Part shown: positions 59,478 through 64,000 of the stretch, piece by piece
How positions within the stretch are numbered: the first letter of the stretch is position 1
How the letters are laid out: every line of letters starts with the position of its first letter
Assembly: GCA_038231435.1 (NCBI GenBank)
Contig: JBBRLJ010000016.1
Span: 46,914-110,913, forward strand
From: Planctomycetota bacterium
GTDB lineage: Bacteria; Planctomycetota; UBA11346
Reading direction: 5' to 3'
Length of the DNA: 64,000 nucleotides
Program-made: the position numbers and the translations under genes
The notes under the pieces: model-generated
Database searches by the model: none
Seen by the model: the letters and a program-made list of their open reading frames with translations, nothing else
What the model was told of the DNA's origin: nothing

Positions 59478-60899
59478 TTATTTCGCTGCCGGCTCGGCAG
59501 CGGCTTCCTTGGCCTTGCGGCTCTTCGGCATCGCCATGGGCTGCTTCTGCGACTGATCCGCGATGCGGCTGTTGTCGCTGTGCGGCACGAAGCCGAAGAA
59601 GCGGTAGGCGATGACCTCGCCGCTGGTGTCGCAAGTGTAGATCGAGCGGTTCAGGTCGGTCGGATCCTGGTACTCGGTGATGGTGCTGATCTTGGCGGCG
59701 TGCTTGCCCGAGCGATCCTCGGCGCAGTCCCACGCCCAGTCGAGCTCGCCGCTGTCGCGGCGGATCGCCAGGATCACGGTGCTTGCTGGATACGTCAGGT
59801 AGAGGTGCTGGGGAGTCGAGCACACCAGGCGGTTCACCGCCGGGAAATGCCAGTCCTGGGCCATGCGCACGATCTCGAGCGGCGGATGCGGATGATCGGG
59901 ATTGTTGTCGGCGAAGGTGACGACGTCGGGGATGGCCCGCACCGCGTAGACGCCGGCCACGCCCGCGTCCGACGTGCTGACCCACGTATAGACGCGCTTG
60001 GTGTCCTCGCGGTAGATGAACGGCTCGCGGGTGATCGGACCGTTGAAGTTGATCTGGCCGAACTTCTCGCCAGTGAGGCGATTGAGCGAGTAGAGGACGT
60101 TGTCGTTGTTGCCGAAGTAGAGCACGCGGTCGCGGGCGACCGCCGGGCCGTTGATCGACGAGCCCGCATTGAACACCCACTTCTGCTCGCGATCGAGGCC
60201 GAAGCAGTGCATCTTGCCGCCGTGGTCGCCGACGTAGACGAGGTCTTCCTTCGCCATCGGCGTGGCCGAGATGTCCATCTGCACGTTCCACTGCCAGGCT
60301 TCGTACGGGAAGGCCTTTTCGGGGTGCACGGTGGCGACGCGCACGCGACCCTGCCAGTCGCCGATGTAGACGCGCAGATTGCCTTCGGCGCCGATGGCGA
60401 GGGGGCCGGTCGACGGCGAGAACGGCAGGTTGTAGCGCCAGATCAGCTGGCCGCCAAGGGCATCGAAGCAGAACAGGATGTCGTCCGAGATCACGTACAG
60501 GCGGTCGTCGTTGTAGACTTCGCCGGCCGAGTTCTTCATCGGCGTGCGCGCGACGAACGGCTGGAGCTGGATCGGCTTCGGGAGGCGCATCGACACCCAG
60601 CGGGTCGCTCCGCTCATGGTGTCAACGGCGTAGATCGATTGCTCCTCCTTGGTTTGGAAGAACACCAGGTCAGGCACGTTGGGGCTGATCCAGCTGGTGT
60701 GCACCTCGTGGCCGAGGTTCAGGTCCCACGAACGCTCGAAGGGGGTCTCCTTCATGGCGCGGAACTTGGTCTGCGGGATCTCGGCGACCGATACCGGTTG
60801 CTTGGTGTCGGTGACGAAGTGGTGCTCGGTGCGCTCGGTGCTGCCGCACGAGACGACGAAGAAAAGGCCGAGGCCGAGGAGGAGCGCGCTGGCGCGCAT
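59478..60899 (-). CDS. PQQ-like beta-propeller lipoprotein (BamB-like repeats)
   Basis: Lipobox VVSC; repeats YAVDTMSGATRW, CFDALGGQLIW, LYFG..D..LYSLNRLTG and AIRRDSGELDW. Confidence 0.82.
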   Translation of the reverse strand: MRASALLLGLGLFFVVSCGSTERTEHHFVTDTKQPVSVAEIPQTKFRAMKETPFERSWDLNLGHEVHTSWISPNVPDLVFFQTKEEQSIYAVDTMSGATRWVSMRLPKPIQLQPFVARTPMKNSAGEVYNDDRLYVISDDILFCFDALGGQLIWRYNLPFSPSTGPLAIGAEGNLRVYIGDWQGRVRVATVHPEKAFPYEAWQWNVQMDISATPMAKEDLVYVGDHGGKMHCFGLDREQKWVFNAGSSINGPAVARDRVLYFGNNDNVLYSLNRLTGEKFGQINFNGPITREPFIYREDTKRVYTWVSTSDAGVAGVYAVRAIPDVVTFADNNPDHPHPPLEIVRMAQDWHFPAVNRLVCSTPQHLYLTYPASTVILAIRRDSGELDWAWDCAEDRSGKHAAKISTITEYQDPTDLNRSIYTCDTSGEVIAYRFFGFVPHSDNSRIADQSQKQPMAMPKSRKAKEAAAEPAAK

Positions 60900-60989
60900 G
60901 TGGATCGTATCGGTCACCGGTGGTACTCCCGTTGCTGGTCGCGGCCGCATGCGTCCGGACTCTGGTCTCTGTGCTGGCGTCTGGTTCTG

Positions 60990-61298
60990 CTACTGGTCTG
61001 GATGCTGGTCGTCGATCAGGTCGCGGGCGTCGAAACGCTCGCCGCGCGCGAGTTCATAGGCCTTGAGCCGATGCAGCCATTCGAGGTCGTCGGCGACATC
61101 GATGGTGAGCTTGAACAGGTACGGACGCCCCGCGCGCCGGCGGCGGATGTCCTCGGCGCAATCGTCCCAGTTGCCGCTGTAGAGCGTCTGGACAGCGGCC
61201 ACGAGCCGCTGGACCGGAGCATCGAGGCTGGCGAATACCGCATCGGGCGGCAATGCCGGATCGAGCTGTTGCACGGGTGATCCGATCGACCGGGACAT
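60990..61298 (-). CDS. Small hypothetical protein (LYSGNWDD...GRPYLFKL)
   Basis: Starts 1 nt after the upstream stop; typical codon usage. Confidence 0.7.
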   Translation of the reverse strand: MSRSIGSPVQQLDPALPPDAVFASLDAPVQRLVAAVQTLYSGNWDDCAEDIRRRRAGRPYLFKLTIDVADDLEWLHRLKAYELARGERFDARDLIDDQHPDQ

Positions 61299-61299
61299 C

Positions 61300-62484
61300 T
61301 CACTGGTGGCCGGGCGACTTGAGCGTCTGCTCCAGATCGGGCAGCTTCGCGGCCTTGTCGGGCCTGGCATCGCGGACGTCCTTGTAGTACGGCCACAGCT
61401 CGGCTTCGACGCCAGGATTGCGCTGCCCGGTCTTCTCGTCGACGATATTGTTCAGGAAGTAGCGCACGTAGGCCATGCTGCGACGCTGCTCGTTGCGCTG
61501 GAAGGTGTTGATCCATTCCCAGCCGGATTTCTTGAGCACGAACGGATCGAGCTGGCGGAAGTACTCGTCGCCGAGGCGCTCGTAATGCAGCACGTATTCA
61601 CGGCGGAAGAGGCGCGCATCGAGGTAGTTCTCGACCTTGCCTACGTCGGTCTCGGGCCACTTGACGCGGAACTTGTTGCTCAGTCCGCGCACCTCGAAGG
61701 TGAAGAAGTCACCATAGTCGGACAGGCGGTTGAACATGATCACGCCGTATACTTCGCCCTTGGCCCAGCCGTTCGGCTGGCGCTCGGTGGCGGTGTAGGG
61801 AGGCAGTTCAAGGGTGCGGATCTTGTCGAGCGAGTAGAGCTCTCGGCCCTCCTTCTCCTCGATCACATCCTGGACCTTCTGGGCGGTGGCCGAGATCGAA
61901 GTCTCGCCGATATCGGGAAAATTGAAGGATTCCTGGGGTCCGGTGCCGACCGGCTCGTCGAGCAGGCGCAGCCTGGTGCCGTGCTCGTCGTAGCCGTAGA
62001 CGGTGATCGAGACCTTCTTCTGGTGGATCTGCGCGTCCTGGCGCTCGATGATGATCGCGTCCTTGCCCTCGACGCCCTCGATGTCGAGCCGGGTGCCGTT
62101 CTCCTGCACCTTCTTCGCCATCTGGTACTGCTCGGTGATCGCGGCCAGCACTTCGTTGTAGCCCTTGGCCTGCGACAGCGGAGTCGAGGAGCGGTCGGCG
62201 ATCTGGTTGCGAATACGGAAGGTCAGGTAGTTGAAGACCGCTTCCTTGCCGGTGCGCGTCGTCATCACCACACGGTCGAAGCTGAGAGGCTCGAAGGCCA
62301 TCTCGAAGAGCTCCATGTCGCGGCTGTTGATCATCGCCTCGAGCTCGGCCTTCTGGTCGAGGTATTCTTGGCTCGGAGCGTTGGACTCGGCGGTGGTGGC
62401 GGCCTGGAGCCCTGGCGAGAGCGCTGGCGACAACGCGAACGCCAACGCGGCGGCGAGCGGAACGGCAAGGCGGAGTGGGCCCAT
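61300..62484 (-). CDS. Secreted hypothetical protein
   Basis: Signal peptide, GGAG before ATG, strongly biased codon usage over about 390 aa. Confidence 0.8.
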   Translation of the reverse strand: MGPLRLAVPLAAALAFALSPALSPGLQAATTAESNAPSQEYLDQKAELEAMINSRDMELFEMAFEPLSFDRVVMTTRTGKEAVFNYLTFRIRNQIADRSSTPLSQAKGYNEVLAAITEQYQMAKKVQENGTRLDIEGVEGKDAIIIERQDAQIHQKKVSITVYGYDEHGTRLRLLDEPVGTGPQESFNFPDIGETSISATAQKVQDVIEEKEGRELYSLDKIRTLELPPYTATERQPNGWAKGEVYGVIMFNRLSDYGDFFTFEVRGLSNKFRVKWPETDVGKVENYLDARLFRREYVLHYERLGDEYFRQLDPFVLKKSGWEWINTFQRNEQRRSMAYVRYFLNNIVDEKTGQRNPGVEAELWPYYKDVRDARPDKAAKLPDLEQTLKSPGHQ

Positions 62485-62841
62485 GGACAGCTCCAAGTCG
62501 TGACCAGACGGGACATGCGTGGAGCAGGAGGCCCCAAGGCAGGCCCAGGCTAGGCGGCCAAGGAAGGTCCGCAAGGCGGCCAGGAAAGCCCTAGCTGCCA
62601 GTGCATCAGACGGCGAAAGGGCTTACGTCACGGTCTGTTATGACCTGATAGTGCGCGCCTGTCACCCCCGGGCCCCCACGATCTTCGTGGTCCCGGTTTC
62701 GGTCCGCAGGCGTTCAGAAAGTCGGCACGAGGGGCTGTACCGATGGTTCCCCCAAACCGGGACCCGGCTGTGCCGGCCTCATGTCGCTTCCTGAAAGGGC
62801 CCAGCCCGGGCGTTCGAGGCCTCTAGGCCCCAGCCGGAGCC

Positions 62842-63330
62842 TTATTGCGAGTCTGGAAGCGTGGCGACCGACCGTTCGATGCCACCGATCCAGACCGGAT
62901 CGCCATCGGTGGTCACCAGGCGTAGGTCGACCGGGAAGCGTGACCCCCCGGCGACCGGCTCGCGGTTGATGACCCCCTTGAGCACGAAATCGGCGCTGTC
63001 GACGCTCTTGACCACCCCTACCTGCTGGGACTGGTAGAGCTCCTTCTCGAGCTGGGAGGTCAGATCCGCGATATCGACGTGGTCACCGCTCTTGTCGGCG
63101 ATCTCGCCGACCATCACCCGCGGGAGGCGGTTGCTGTGGTTCCGGAATGAGATCGCCCACTCGGCATGAGCGGCCGTGTCCATCAGCTCCTTGGCCACCG
63201 CCTGCGAATCGCGCGGGGTCCATGAACTCGAGGGTTTCTCTGGCGGCGGCGGCGGCGCGGGCCGTTCCCCACAGCCGAGGAGCCCGCCGAGCGAGCACGC
63301 GAGCACGGCACAGGCGACGGACAGGCGCAT
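62842..63330 (-). CDS. LpoB-like lipoprotein (penicillin-binding protein activator fold)
   Basis: GGAGG RBS, lipobox LLGC, W...DSQ.VA..LM, P.VMVG.I.DK..DHVD and ADFVLKG.I...LRLV...G..VW pattern. Confidence 0.65.
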   Translation of the reverse strand: MRLSVACAVLACSLGGLLGCGERPAPPPPPEKPSSSWTPRDSQAVAKELMDTAAHAEWAISFRNHSNRLPRVMVGEIADKSGDHVDIADLTSQLEKELYQSQQVGVVKSVDSADFVLKGVINREPVAGGSRFPVDLRLVTTDGDPVWIGGIERSVATLPDSQ

Positions 63331-63387
63331 GGGAACCTCCGGGGTCCGGGCATCATGGATTTCAGCCTTGCCGGATCAACATCAGTG

Positions 63388-63819
63388 CGGGGGCTCTGCC
63401 CCCGGGCCCCCGACGGGCTTTGTCGTCCCTTTTTCTGGCCGCTGGGCGGCCAGAAAATCTGCGTGATGGGCTGCGCCCATTATTCACGCAGACCAGGACT
63501 CGGCGCCCGGTGGCTTCGCCACGGTTTAGACGGGGGCTTCGCCCCTTGCCCCCCGACGGCCTTTGTCGTCCTTATTATTTGTACGGGGGCTCCCCTTGGA
63601 TGGGGGCCCCATCGCTCCGCGATGGGGCGGGCGCCGAGGGGCGGTGGGCGGATACAATCGGCGTAGCCGATCCGCCCACGATTTCGCAGCGTAGCGAAGA
63701 AATCGAGCCACGACAAAGCCCGTAGGGTAGGCCGCTAGGCCGTAGGGGCGGAGCCCCTGAGAAAGGAATTTGCGTGATGGGCTGCGCCCATTGTTCATTC
63801 AGACCAGGACTCGGCGGCC
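63388..63819. repeat. BIME-like mosaic of family B (63388-63523 +, 63531-63571 + truncated, 63770-63819 + partial) and family A (63602-63760 -) elements
   Basis: Shared CGGGCTTTGTCG, GCGTGATGGGCTGCGCCCATT.TTCA and GTAGGGGCGGAGCCCCT motifs. Confidence 0.85.
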
Positions 63820-63820
63820 G

Positions 63821-63855
<35 letters not shown>

Positions 63856-63911
63856 GGCCCCGGCCCGCGGGGGGGGGGGGGGCGGGGGGGGGGGGGGGGG
63901 GCCCCGGGCCG

Positions 63912-63949
<38 letters not shown>

Positions 63950-64000
63950 GGGCGGGGGGGGGCGCCCCCCCACAACGAGAGGAGGGGGGAGAAAACGAAA

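Overview
A 64-kb, very GC-rich bacterial chromosomal segment, probably a metagenomic contig end because it finishes in a poly-G artefact. Gene content is compatible with an uncultured Planctomycetota-like organism, but that is an inference only. It carries about 60 genes. Housekeeping genes include a PilB/GspE ATPase, cysQ, a two-subunit fumarate hydratase, gluQ-like, MnmE-like, serS, purF, rlmN, tatA, ppnP, ahcY, amt, nrnA and pyk. There is a carbohydrate-catabolism region (GH38, two GH78, three AraC, three Gfo/Idh/MocA, three xylose-isomerase-like TIM barrels, PhyH), a PilGHI/Xap-like ABC module, a SET-domain gene and a block of small hypothetical genes. I found no rRNA, tRNA, CRISPR array, transposase or integrase. 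The most notable unexplained structure is fourfold. (1) A minus-strand module at 20.1-24.2 kb has two paralogous Cys/His-rich (PCHEDW...HCxxC) proteins with internal lipoboxes, each preceded by the same ECF-type promoter GGAAC-N16-CGTC. They bracket an NtrC-type activator and a sigma54-like promoter in front of an orphan BlaI-family repressor. (2) About 19 full, partial or degenerate copies of four families of covarying, multi-hairpin intergenic elements occur, many directly after a stop codon (often TTAG); three of the families are rich in GCGNAGC mini-hairpins. (3) The Amt protein has Glu in place of the first twin-His residue. (4) Leaderless-type TANNNT-N5-8-ATG starts recur across the window.
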